Source: Botryllus schlosseri
Taxonomy: Eukaryota
Direction of reading: 5' to 3'
DNA: 64,000 nucleotides
Assembly (NCBI GenBank): GCA_051294905.1
Contig: CM119386.1
Span: 6,758,001-6,822,000, forward strand
Made by a program: the position numbers and the translations under genes
Shown: positions 51,118 through 62,981 of the stretch, in pieces
Position numbering within the stretch: the first letter of the stretch is position 1
How the letters are laid out: the number at the start of each line of letters is the position of its first letter
Notes under the pieces: generated by a model
Databases searched by the model: none
Told to the model about the DNA's origin: nothing
The model's input: only the letters and a program-made list of their open reading frames with translations

Positions 51118-51299
51118 GGTCCATTAACTTACCTACAGTACACAGCCAGTATCAATCCAACAAGTTTCATTGCTGATCACTGTACCTTTTCCAGAAGTAC
51201 ACAAAGAGACAAGTATGTGGAATGAGTAATAATGAACATGAGAACATTGTTACTTTGTCCATCTCACTGAACATTCCCAAATTCTTCAGAGTTACAAAT

Positions 51300-52900
51300 G
51301 ATAACATGACAACCTCAAGCCTGCATGTTTGAATTGTAGAATTGCATATTTCCCGTACATCGCAGCTCGATAGTTAGTGAATCCAAGTTAAGGAACGATC
51401 AAGCTCATTTGCACTGTACAGTGTGCATTTGCACTTATGCAGTCGGGTCATGCGAAATCTTGGTCATCTTTAGCCAAACACGCCTATTGATCAACGTTTC
51501 ATCGCATCCGGATTGCGCTTACAGAACTGGGAACTAAATTGCGTGACTCAATAAACCAACTACAGTAAATGCCCCATTGAATGTATAGCCGTCGTATACG
51601 TGTTTCAAGTCGATGCTTTATATTACTGCCCTTTTGTACTTTTGTATAGCCTGCTCTGAAAACCATACTTGAACGTCATTTGAAGAGCTTCTTGGAAGTA
51701 CAGAATTTCTATATACAATGGAATAGTATATTCATATTGAAATGAACCCGATAATTGATATACAAATTTCTTTCCATTTCTCTACTAGTTGCTGACGATT
51801 ACGCCTGACGAGTGTCAGCCGAAAATGCCCGGGTTCATTTCAATACGAATGTACTTGTCAGTTGTACTTCATTGCGTGGTTTATTGTGGTTTGAGAAGAA
51901 ATCATGTTACTGGGTATTTCAATTCAGCTTTTAGTATTGCTTTTCTTGTCGGGTATTCGAGCACCACGTTTGAATTCATAGCCATATAGCAATGGCCTTT
52001 AAAGTAAGTTTCAAAGCGTATCTTTATTGGATCATAATGCAATTATGCCAGTTTCACGATATCCAAAATAGTTTCTAATATCTGGACCATTACTATTTCG
52101 TATCGCTTTGTGACCAGACCATTGTAATAATATTAGATTACTACTGTATGGATATGCCGCTCCATGAATATTCATAGCAATGTTTACATCATTATCGAAG
52201 CTACGATACGGTCAGCCGAGGTCATGAGGATTCAACCGTGGGAATACAGTATTGTCAGTATCGAAATCATATTTTTGCTGAAAAAAAAACGCGTATAATT
52301 TTGTTACTCGAAAAAATCGACTTGCTACGTTAATCGAATTATAGCACAGTTGATACTCTACTCGGAATTGTCTCGTCGATTCCTTATTCCCAGTTCTACC
52401 TGGTGGCTATTAGTGATAATACGGTGTAGCTTTTATCTACCCAGGATCCTGAAAGTTTCTTTAACAGTTATATTGATCGGGAAACCAAGAGACCTGAAAT
52501 CTTTCAACTCCTTCACAACATTGCAGTTTCATTGCAACGATATGAACAGAAATATATCAAAATTCCAATCCTACATCTGAAGGAGAGCGAAGCTAAATAA
52601 TGTTAACCGCCTCGCCCCTGACCAGTGATCAGTAGTGGAATTGACACACCGAAAAACTCTATACTTGGAGGGGGAGAGTGTCAGAAAGGTCACACCTATT
52701 AATAAGTTACTCTTAAAGTTAGCATCAGTGTTACCAAGATCACATTAGCCACAATATTATTTTATTCGATGGAAATTACTATATATTTGCTTCGAAAATG
52801 AATTAGCTAATCTTGCTTCCTAATCCCGTAGGACTTGCTGTCATTATATCACCAACCATGTAGTGAGCACGATCGCCATTTGGAGGGTTCACAAAAAACA
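51300..52900 (-). pseudogene. Decayed CTL/FN3-like gene, unit 3 partial copy (Ig part absent)
   Basis: SCSLHGW*YNDSKSYGI near 52880-52820; 177-nt phase 1-1 exon 52576-52400; FN3-like SSNLILLQWSGHKAIRNSNGPDIRNYFGYRETG...LLYGYEFK at about 52235-51900. Confidence 0.45.
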
Positions 52901-53261
52901 GCCACGCCCTCGTAAGTGCAAGGCGTGAAAGAGTGTCGGAAGTACTTCGACGACGTTTACGGTTGTATGAAGTGATGTGTTAAGAGGTGATTCCGTGTCC
53001 GCCCGTCTCCGCAAATGTTCGATTCTGATATTGTTACCTCAGTGTCATGTATGCTGTGTATCTATTTGTGGGAGTCACGAGGTCATCCGACGTAACCTTT
53101 CATGCTGTAGTATGCCATCAAATCTAAACATACACTGACACAGAAAGTGATTGCTCTGTATATCAACATTGTCAGTTGATGTCAGTCTAAAAGACCGCAA
53201 CTGCGCGTCTTTCGGCATCCTGCTATCTGTTCATTAAATCGTATTGTGTCTTATCGCATTG

Positions 53262-53660
53262 TACAATAGGGCTGTTCAAAAAAACTTTTTCTTCAGATTT
53301 CACTAGCTACTTGATAAAGTTCTTAGGTTGGTGAAAACAACGCTGCGCGTCAACTTTGGCTCAATACCAACCAGTAAAGGCGATTTTCTTGCAGTAGAAA
53401 GCTTTGAATTGATCATTAAAAAACTTTCAAAATCAAAATTTTTCTGTCAACCCCATAAAATTGTTATGCTATCAGTACAGATGATGCACAGAAAATTTGG
53501 CTAAATTCCAACCACTAAGCGAGTTATTGCAGTAGAAAAATATTCAATTCCATGATTTTATAATAAATAATTAAAGAGTTAGCCACCGTAAATACTATTT
53601 TATTCTAATTCAATTTTTCTACTGCAATAACTTCGCTTCTAGTGGTTGGAATTGAGCTGA
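53262..53660. mobile_element. DNA-element left end with an internal inverted repeat
   Basis: Starts tacaatagggctgttcaaaaa; aattccaaccacta...gttattgcagtagaaaaa is mirrored about 90 nt downstream. Confidence 0.55.
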
Positions 53661-53663
53661 TTA

Positions 53664-56368
53664 CTCTGGTCTACACGATTCTCACGAATCAGACATTATT
53701 TTTGCTCTATCACATCACGTTTTTGAGATAATATATATGTTGAATATTTCTACTTTTTCGAGGTAATCAAGTAGATTTTGGCTACTTGCAATACTTACTG
53801 AAGTGGTAATGTTTTACAACTACTTCAACATCTACCTGAAAAGTATTCTTGGATTAGCTAATTACGTTTGCAATTTGGTTTTTGTAAATAAGAAAGTGGT
53901 TCAGGGATAATATTGCGTCACTATCATGAGTTAAATTCCATAAGAAACGTGTGAAATGGCCTCTGAATCACAGTAACTGAATATATTTTTTCGAAGATTC
54001 TACCGATGGGTGGTGTCATTAGAGTCATTTTGCGTTAGATGCAACGATACATCTTGCGATTTCGTATTTAGCAACCTCCGGCCAAGTATTGAAAGTATGA
54101 GACCACCCTCTCCCGACCTAATATACTTATAAATTTACTGACATTTAGTAATTCTCTTACATTTTATCTTCTACGTGAAATAGTTTTCACATGTCTTAGA
54201 AATTAATGTAATTCTACTTTTAATTGACTAGAAATGACTAGCAACGCCGATCGCTTCGACCAACTCTAGTTCATGGCAAAATATTACGGCAAATAAGAAA
54301 CTGCCAAAAATATAAAGCTTTTGTATTTAGAACTGACGTTTAATCATACAAAATACTAACAAAAAGCCGCGAAACCATTTAAAAACATCACGAGAAAGTA
54401 ACGAATGCTTATCTCTAGCTCTGTTCCAGCAGAACACATGGTATTTGACAGAGGTGGTCAAAGTCGTCAAGAAAGCTACTCAAGTAGAAGTAGAAGTACT
54501 TCTTCCATAAGTCACCTAAGACTACTTCGAGTAGAAGTAGAATTGACTGACTTTAAATCTACTCAAGTAAGTAAGTCGTTTCGACAACAGTCTTAATTCG
54601 TTCGCATGGACTGTCAAAAGCTGCAAATTGAGCTATGCGGAAGGTGCAGAGAGCTTGATTCGTATTGATGCATCCCAGGAGGTATCAATTTTCGACAGAA
54701 TAAGCATTTTTTCGCATGATGGTGCGTAAATTATAATATTGATATATAAATGCGATACTAACCCTTTGTTCACTAGACGACCCCGTTTTAGAGAGTATCA
54801 TGGCATGTCGCCCTACCCCATATTATAAGGCCCCAAGTTTAGGATAAGAGCAATACGGAGAAGTTGTATCGGATACGGTTTCAACACTTTACGCAATCAA
54901 CATACATTAATTGAAAAATATTACGAAGTAGAAGTAGAGAAAATCAGATCTACTAGAGTAGGTGCCAGAAGTAGAAGAAAACTACTCGAGTACTTCCAAC
55001 AAGTAGAAGTACTTCGTTACTGACCACCTCTGTTATTTGATGTAGGTCACAGAATGTCCTACGTCGAGACGGATCGACTGTCCTAGAACCGATGCATATT
55101 TATTTCTATTGTGAAGTAACACGCACTTCAAGTTTCGTGTTGAGCTATTAGTAAGCAATCTCTATTCATTGGGTTGTCTATAATAGACAATGCAAAAGAA
55201 GCCCTTTAAATCATGGCAATAAACCCAAAGAAAAAGAGTTCAGAAACAGCTCTCCTCGATTCCGATAAGATGTGACAGTATATGGAAACTTGAGAAGAAG
55301 AATCAGCATGATGATAAATTCTAGTACAGGCGGAGATTAATGATGATAAATTCTTTCAAGTTATCATGATAAGCATTTTTTTTTTTCATTGGAAAAGAAG
55401 GCATCCTGTTCCTTTTAATGTTTCAAAACCAGCTTAAATGGCCACATATTTGGGTTATAGTGCCGGCAATGTCTATTGTTTGCAAACTTTTACGTTTTAC
55501 GAAAGAGCAGTGCGCTGTCACAAAATGCATTGACCGATTAAGTCTGCAGGACAGATGTATAAAGAAAGATAACGTATGGAACTAAACTGGATACGGAGCT
55601 ACTAATCGCAATCTTTACACGAAGAGTGGTATATAAAGATGATAACTGCTACCGACTAAAATGTTGCATCCAGATCCACATATATATTTATGGGTCGAAA
55701 AGAGGTCCTGATGGAAAGAAGATAGACAACCACTGGATTCAATTTCACCAAAACCTCGGTTATTCTGTTCTACAACAACCCAGTTTTCATCATTATAGAT
55801 GATTTCATTAACAATATTTGAACTGTTGTTGTTGTACGCTCACCGTAATGTCACTAACGTCAGCCGACATTTGATTAATTTATGAAAATGAGAAAAATAC
55901 ACACCGAAAAATTCTGAGGTGATAGAGAAATTCTTAGCACATAATCGTATTCAGAAACCTAATATAAACTAGAATCAATCATTACAATATTTAGGGCAAA
56001 TTTATTTTTTGAAATTTGTAGACTAGTGTAATTTTACGGGTCGAAAATAGCTTCTGATTGAACGATATAGCGAATCACTGGATCCAAGTTCCCCGAAAAC
56101 TAACTCATTCTGTACTTCAAAAACCCAGGTTTCATGATAGATGATTTGAATAACAATATTCGATCTGTTGCTGTTTTATGCTAACCGTGATGTAACTATC
56201 GAAAGCCGTAATTTGAATAATTTATGAAAATGAGAAAGATTCATACGGAAAAATCTGACGTGATAGAAAAATTCTGAGCACAGAATCGGATTCAGCAACC
56301 TTCAATTAGCCTACATCAAACATTAATTTTTTTGGCGCAAAAATTTACTCGGAATTTGTGGACCAGTG
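53664..56368. mobile_element. Chapaev3-like element, second copy of 23728-25676
   Basis: tta|ctctggtctacac...tgtggaccagtg|tta; collinear interior and duplicated right end; carries an extra hAT insertion. Confidence 0.7.
54449..55032. mobile_element. AGTAGA-family derivative inserted in the Chapaev3-like element
   Basis: TIR cagaggtggtca...tgaccacctctg; TSD gtatttga/ttatttga; empty site at about 24350. Confidence 0.88.
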
Positions 56369-57102
56369 TTATTGATTATATTGTCCTGCTCGCACAATTA
56401 CGACGATCGTGGTTACTAACCAAGCGCGGGATAGCGTAAGAGCACCTATCTGGCGATGTCAATCAATTGCAATATAGCGTCGTCTAGTTGCAGTGCATTT
56501 GCCGAGAATACACCTCGTCGATTTTTCCAACATGACAGCGGTCTTTGTGAACAGTACCGAGTATTCGAAACACGGGGACACTTGATATTTACATGCACGC
56601 GTTACCGCTCCTGAAGGGGATATCCGCTCAAAGCTTGTAACCTACAATATTTTTCGATAACTCTTGATTCTTCGTTGAGCAACCCATTGATAGACTCGAA
56701 TTATGACGGCCCCTTATGCAACCCACATCAATCATCCCTCAAAGTCTGGCGCGCCAAACCCTAGTTTCTGAGCACCTTACCCCATATCCACCCACCAATT
56801 CTGCTGAAAATAAATGCACATCAAAGCAATATTTTTTATGTACTTTAGAAGTTACAATATAGCTTGCGGGCTGTTGCTATTTGCAACCACACACTTATTG
56901 CTTTGTAGACAGGATTCCGAGTCGGCTCTCAGATTTTTCGGTTGTCCTTGAATCGACACCCTAGGTGAATCTAGTTCAATATAACTGGCCTAAATTAACA
57001 GTCCTAGGTCACAACAAATATGCGTATTATTATTATAAAATATTTATGAAAATATTTTGGATAGATTTTCCGAGTCACCGGGCTGTAGTATATAAACTAT
57101 AG

Positions 57103-59083
57103 CAGTGCTTTTCAACCTGTGTGACGGTTCGCACTTGTGCGAATGAAAAAAATTCCAGTGCGAATGACGAAGGTAGTGCGAATAGGGCGAATGGAAATCC
57201 GGATCAAGTGCGAATGACGAAGGTGGTGCGAATGGTGCGAATGAAAATCCGGATCAAGTGCGAATCAAAATCTTGGTTAATTGTCAACTTTTCTGACGTG
57301 AAATAATTCAAATAAACCTTATAGGAAATTTAAGGTCAGTGTAACTTCTGTTGTTGCGACAGAATTGTAAAACTTAATACGACGCACCACTAATCGGAGC
57401 TCTCACGAGCCATCGTGAATTAATATTCCCACACTGTAATTATTACGTAACCAAACGTTTGGTTGGGAAGCTGGTTTAGTGGCAGTATACAGATCTCTAC
57501 AATCTCCATAGTGCCAGACATACAGTATATCAGCCCGTCTGAGCTTGCGACAGGCTGGAAAAATATCTTCAAATTGACTTTCTACACTCTTTCGCTATAA
57601 ACATCTTCATATTTTCGTAATAACTGTTCGATAAGCGCGAGGCACGAGGATAGTAGTAAATACTATCATTAAAGACTCACATTTGCAAGTTACTGTAACA
57701 CAAATTTTGCCTCCTTCGCAGGTTATTAAAGTATGGACCGCGAAGGGTGTAATTTTGGGTCGATACCATGCTATTTGTCAATATGTAGCCTATGCAGTAT
57801 TTATAGAATTTATTGCAAAAAAGCCTGTGTTGGGTACTGTACCCAATGAGCGAGACACGCAGAAAATATAACTTTATCATGAGAACTCATGATAAGATTT
57901 CCAAATGTTTTTTCTGGAAAACATGGTCGAAGCCCGTTGGGATGAATTAATGTAGGGGCGAGTAACGAGCGAGCTCAGGCATATGAGATTCATTCATTTC
58001 GAGACTAACCCCTTCTGCGTCGGGACACGTGAAGACGTAAAGTTTTGGCGAACAAACCGCTGGCGGTGCCAAAACATAAGCTTAGACAAAACCTCAGTCT
58101 AAAAATGACCGATTCTGGATGCTCAAACCTTTCGAAATGGATTGGATATACGCTCCGTTGTCGGCACGGAATAGGCCCGTTCTTGCAATCTGAGTAGACT
58201 GTAGTACAACTGAGATACGCAGAGGAATTCAATTCACTCTAATTTGAAATCGCGTACGTCATACATGTTTTGTTGAGCTGTCATGGGTAGAATTGTGGTG
58301 TACGCGCTCTGTATGTCACACATGCCCGTAAAATCGTAGCATACAACTGTAATGTTAAAAATGAATTCATTTTCATGGGTGAGGCACGGGTCGCGAGATG
58401 CCACAAAAACTCAAATATTGGTGGTAGTCTAAAAGCAACTTTACCGTTATTAAACTGTTATGAATTCTCAAGTTAGTAATGAGTAAAACACACAGTATCG
58501 TGAGTTATTTGCTCTTCTCATAAACTCGCGAGACAGAAGTTGCAGCAACGTATTATAAGGTAGCGAGCTCTAATGTGCCCTGATCGTTTTGCATCTTCTG
58601 TTCCATAAAGACGTAAGGCAAACGCCTCAACACACACATGTGGGTATTCCATCCTTTCGACAAACTGGAGCGTCGCGGGACCTTTGTGTCAGCTCTCAAA
58701 AACGATTTCTGCCAGCACGCATTTTTATTCGCGAAAAATATACGCTGCTGTATTTTGGATAGAAGTGCAGAACAGATTATAAGACCTGGTCAATCAAGCA
58801 CTAGTAGACGTTCTTGTACAAATTCCCAACAACATTGTTTGGCCGAGAAGGGTTTTAGTGAAATAGTTGAAAGCAAAACGAGCGAAAAAAGTTACCTTTT
58901 TAACGAAACACCTAACAGCTTAAGCTACATAGTAGTCAATTTGTTGCACATCTGAACAAAATGTTGTCAAGTAGGCCTATCTTCATCGTCTTTATGCATA
59001 ACAATTTTCGATTACTTTGTGCGAATGAAATTCATTTTACAAAAAAAAGTGCGAATGGAGCTCAAAAAGGTTGAAAAGCACTG
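57103..59083. mobile_element. hAT-like element replacing the start of MARVEL-3
   Basis: 16-bp perfect TIR cagtgcttttcaacct...aggttgaaaagcactg; many subterminal gtgcgaatg motifs; no TSD, and about 60 nt of the gene are missing at the junction. Confidence 0.85.
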
Positions 59084-59839
59084 AACGGCCAATTCACGAG
59101 TATCAATTGGCATCAACGTCGGATTCTTAACGACTTCTTCTGGGATTCTTATCATCATGGAATTCGTTCCAACGTTGCTTGCGTGGACCCTGCTCGTTAC
59201 CGCGGCTCCCGCAGGGTGGTGCGCTTATGTACCAGTACTCTGCTTCGCTGCGTTCGGATTCATCTTCAGCTGGTTGATAACATTGTGAGTACAGCCATTC
59301 CCGATCAGGAATATCCTTAAGTTCAGGCTATTGTTATATCCATCTAGTGTAGGGGTCGTCAACACCTGACACGCGTGCTTCTTGTGGTACGCGAGTTAAA
59401 TTTTTTCATGACGTGCGGAATGATTTTGAGCGTACCGGGGCCTACGATCGTAAGCCTCGAGCGTACGATATGTCACAATCAACCTTTCAAATAGTCACCA
59501 CTTTTTCGAAGAAATGAAACATCATTTTGGAACGAAAATCATAGCTCCCGAGACGCCTACGTGTCTACCCATTATCTAGGCTCTGTTAGCCGTTGCTGAT
59601 ATCCATTGTTTGAGCGAATTGGTTATAAGACCACGGCTGAACGTGGTATATGCGATTACTAATAAACGATGTGCTTAATTGATTCGTAAATTGTGACAAA
59701 ATTCAAAATGTTGCTCACGATATGTTCTCAGGGAGACGCTATATATTGCTGACTTATTTGACTATTTCCAGAGCACGAAAACGCAATAGTAATTCTCTAA
59801 TTCACATGACGTATTCACCGCCATTGGCGTTGATAATAC

Positions 59840-60360
59840 TATAGAAATTAAACATGAAACGGCAACGATCGATTTTGCAGCTTCGTTCCGCTTCGCTGAG
59901 GCTGGAGTGGAGAATTGTTTTGCGTAAGCGACTGTAGGATTTCTGGCAATCCAAAAGTTATCTTCCAGAGCGCAGAAATTACTGAATCTGGTCTTGATCG
60001 AAACCTATTGCCGCATTGATTCAAAAAATATGAATGAAAATATAGTCACGCTTCAGTCATTGACGAAAAACCACCCTCAACATCTGAAATGTGCATTGTT
60101 CAGAACAATCGGGTAACGCGACCTAATGACCATAACAATGACCCGTTGCGACTCTCCAATTGTTCGAACAATGCTGATATTCCAGACTTGGAGGACGGAT
60201 TCTAGGTGGATCAGTGCCTGATCATATTTTAATTTATATTTTCGGAATTGGTGCAACAGTAGCTTTCGATCAAGACCAGATTCAGTAATTTCTGCCCTCG
60301 AAAAGATAGCTTTTGGATTGCCAGAAATCGGCCGTTACCCTGCCATGTTTAATTTCTATA
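59840..60360. mobile_element. Foldback-type MITE with long TIRs in MARVEL-3 intron 1
   Basis: Ends tatagaaattaaacatg...catgtttaatttctata plus a mirrored block ctggcaatccaaaag...gaaattactgaatctggtcttgatcgaaa; ataatac duplicated on both flanks. Confidence 0.8.
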
Positions 60361-61468
60361 ATAATACGGTAGAATTTTGCTACGTAAACCCTGACGTGGT
60401 CAAAGTAGTCAAGACTCAAGAACACTATTAAAGTAGAACAAGTAGCCACGCAGAATTCTACTCAAGTACAACCGGGAGCTATAGTGTTATTCGAAGCCAC
60501 CCAAAACTGCATCAAGTAAAGCTACGTGAATTTGCGTTGCTTTACATCCCTTGCCGGAGATACATTTTTTCAACAGTTTAGTATTCGACCGCATCATGTC
60601 ATACAAATGATAACTCTTCCATAGAACAGTAGTTCTATACCTTTGTTTCACCCAAGAACGTCTTTCAGAAATTGGATGGCATTGCGCCCTCCTATAGTTC
60701 GTAACCCTTATTACTTCTACTTTATGTAACCTACTCTTGAAAATCGTTAGTTCTTGTACTTGAGTGGTGAACACTGGTGACATTAACATATACTTGTATA
60801 TAGTCAACGATTTTGAACATCTGGTCCAATCACTGCACATTGATAATTTTACAGGGGATTCTTCGTAGTTTTTGTACTCGGTCTCCATGCAACCACGTTC
60901 GCGAATCTGCCATGGGGAACTATTCAAATATTCGGTAACCTCATATTTGCATTGCTGTGCTTCATTTCTACGTGTTGCGTTGCCGCATGGGCGAAGCATA
61001 GCAGGTAAAGTAATACTGCGTTGCCTCCGAGGCGAGATGGATGAGGTAGACTAATACTCAAACTTCTATATTCCTTTCCTATAATAGGATACGTCTCACC
61101 CGAGATGTATTTACTTGGCGTGTGCTTTATTAGTGCTTACTTTACACTGTGTGGCATAGAAATTAGCAACGTCCTGATCACTTTCTGGTGTGATGTTATA
61201 GCTAACTATCCCACGGGTGGATGCGAAACAGATGATAGATGGTTAGAGTGACCTGACCACATTATCATTTTTATTTTTGAGATAAGTGTGACAGCAGCTG
61301 CGTGCTTTCATGTTGAACAAGTTTTAAGAAATTTTGCGTTTGGTTCGCCAGCTATAAGATTACCACTTCTGTTTGTGAAGCAACCAGAAATTGCGAGCTT
61401 AATCCGGTTGCTTAACCGTGCAATCCCATATTCCGCTGCATCAACTCATAGGTTAGTTACCTATATAG

Positions 61469-61909
61469 TAGGCTTACCATACGTCCTCTTTTAAGAGGAT
61501 TTGTCCTCTGTTTTGGCTTTTTTGAAAGTGTCCTCGGAGGACGCCCTTTTGTCCTCTTTTTTGAGATTTTGTCCTCTTTTTTGAAAATTTAGGCAGATTT
61601 AGAGCAAATTGCGAGTGATATGCCGCATATTAGCACAGAAGTGAAGCTCCGGCGGGTGTTTCGGAGTTAAAAACGGTGATTCTAGCTCTGAGCGAAAAGA
61701 TGACCTTTTTTTTTTAGTCATCCACCTGGCAAAGTGGAGTAAAAAACGTTATTTTGAGCTCTGAGCAGAAGTGATGACCTTTTTTTTTTAGTCAACCGAT
61801 CGCAAAGTGGGAAAAATTAACCGGTATTTGAGAATTTTACTCGGTTTTGCAAGTTGAAAATTTCTGAAAAAGTGTCCTCTTTTATGATTTCCAAAATATG
61901 GTAAGCCTG
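61469..61909. mobile_element. TAGGGTTACCATA-family MITE in MARVEL-3 intron 2
   Basis: Ends taggcttaccata...tatggtaagcctg; TSD ctatatag/ctatgtag. Confidence 0.88.
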
Positions 61910-62981
61910 CTATGTAGTGATATTCAACTATGGTCCAAGTCTATTGCACTTGGTTAGTACAAATAGTCATAGTGTTTGTCATTGCTATTTGTGGCGGCGA
62001 ACCCCAGTGTACAGGATCAGTAGGCCAATGTTTGATATTAGAATAGTGTTATACTGTGTCATTTTAAGTAGGCTAATGCATACAAACAGTACGTTTAGTT
62101 TATTAAATTATGTAAATTGTAGACTTGAAATTCTGGCATATCAACAAGAAATAGATAATTGTTCACCCCCATACCGACTTTCGCTCTAACAATGTGTTGC
62201 TCGTTCTAACCCAGTTCAGGCCTTTGAAAGCGTAATGCGATCCTACTATGTGTTCTTACAGGCATAGTGTGGGCTGGACACGACAAAATGTAAAACGAGA
62301 AAATATCATGCCCAATTAACAAGTGCTGTCTCTAGTTGGGTGACGAGACCACTTCAACTACCTGTGGAATGTTACTATCGATAAGATATTACTTGAATTG
62401 TACGCATTTTGTTTTTTAGTAAGTTGCAAGCGAGCTGTGCGTTCGGATTCTTCGCAACTGTCTTCTAAGCGATTAGCGCTCTTGTGTCGTTCCGAAAAGC
62501 GCATGGGCGGTTTCCTTGGCAGAATGTTGCCAACCAGCCAGCCAACACAAGAACAAAACATGGTTAATTTCGAGATAATGGACTTGTGTGATTCATTATT
62601 GAAAGCCTCTAACTGACTTTACCGTACCAAAAATACGTTATTCGGACAGCACTTATGCTGCTTTTCTACTGGATTTACGCGGTAATTTTGGTTTGCTACC
62701 AAAATAAAACTACTGCATATTATACTGACTATGTGGAATATCACGTTCGTAGTGATCTCTTTATATGCAACGTCGGCAGCGAGATGTATGCATTTGATTA
62801 GGCCTGTGCTCTGCAACCAATCCTACTGTATTCATCTATTTTAGAACAGCAGGAAATAGGATTATGTTAGTGGCGGTTTCAGAATGTTAAATCGAGTCGA
62901 GCGTGGTAATTAGTATTGTATGAATGTTATTGGGAATTTCCCAGTCGAACCGAAATTTCCTGAATGGTATCTATGATATCA

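Larger units (their letters stand above)
59084..62559 (+). pseudogene. MARVEL copy 3, pseudogene (exon remnants 59084-59284, 60855-61004, 62420-62559)
   Basis: Splice sites are intact. The ATG and Thr-rich N-terminus are missing, replaced by the TIR element 57103-59083. TAC>TAA at 62466-62468 truncates TM4, and the ancestral TGA has become AGA. Confidence 0.85.

Noticed and set aside
57130-57270. Regular gtgcgaatg repeats, and the agtagaagtag and gagtcaagtc arrays elsewhere, superficially CRISPR-like
   Set aside because: There are no unique spacers and no cas genes, and the context is eukaryotic. They lie just inside TIRs, as expected for subterminal transposase-binding motifs.
59157-59159. 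GTG>ATG change creating an in-frame start in strong context (atcATGG) that could rescue MARVEL-3
   Set aside because: It would start inside TM1, and the TAA at 62466 still truncates TM4, so coincidence is more likely than compensation.
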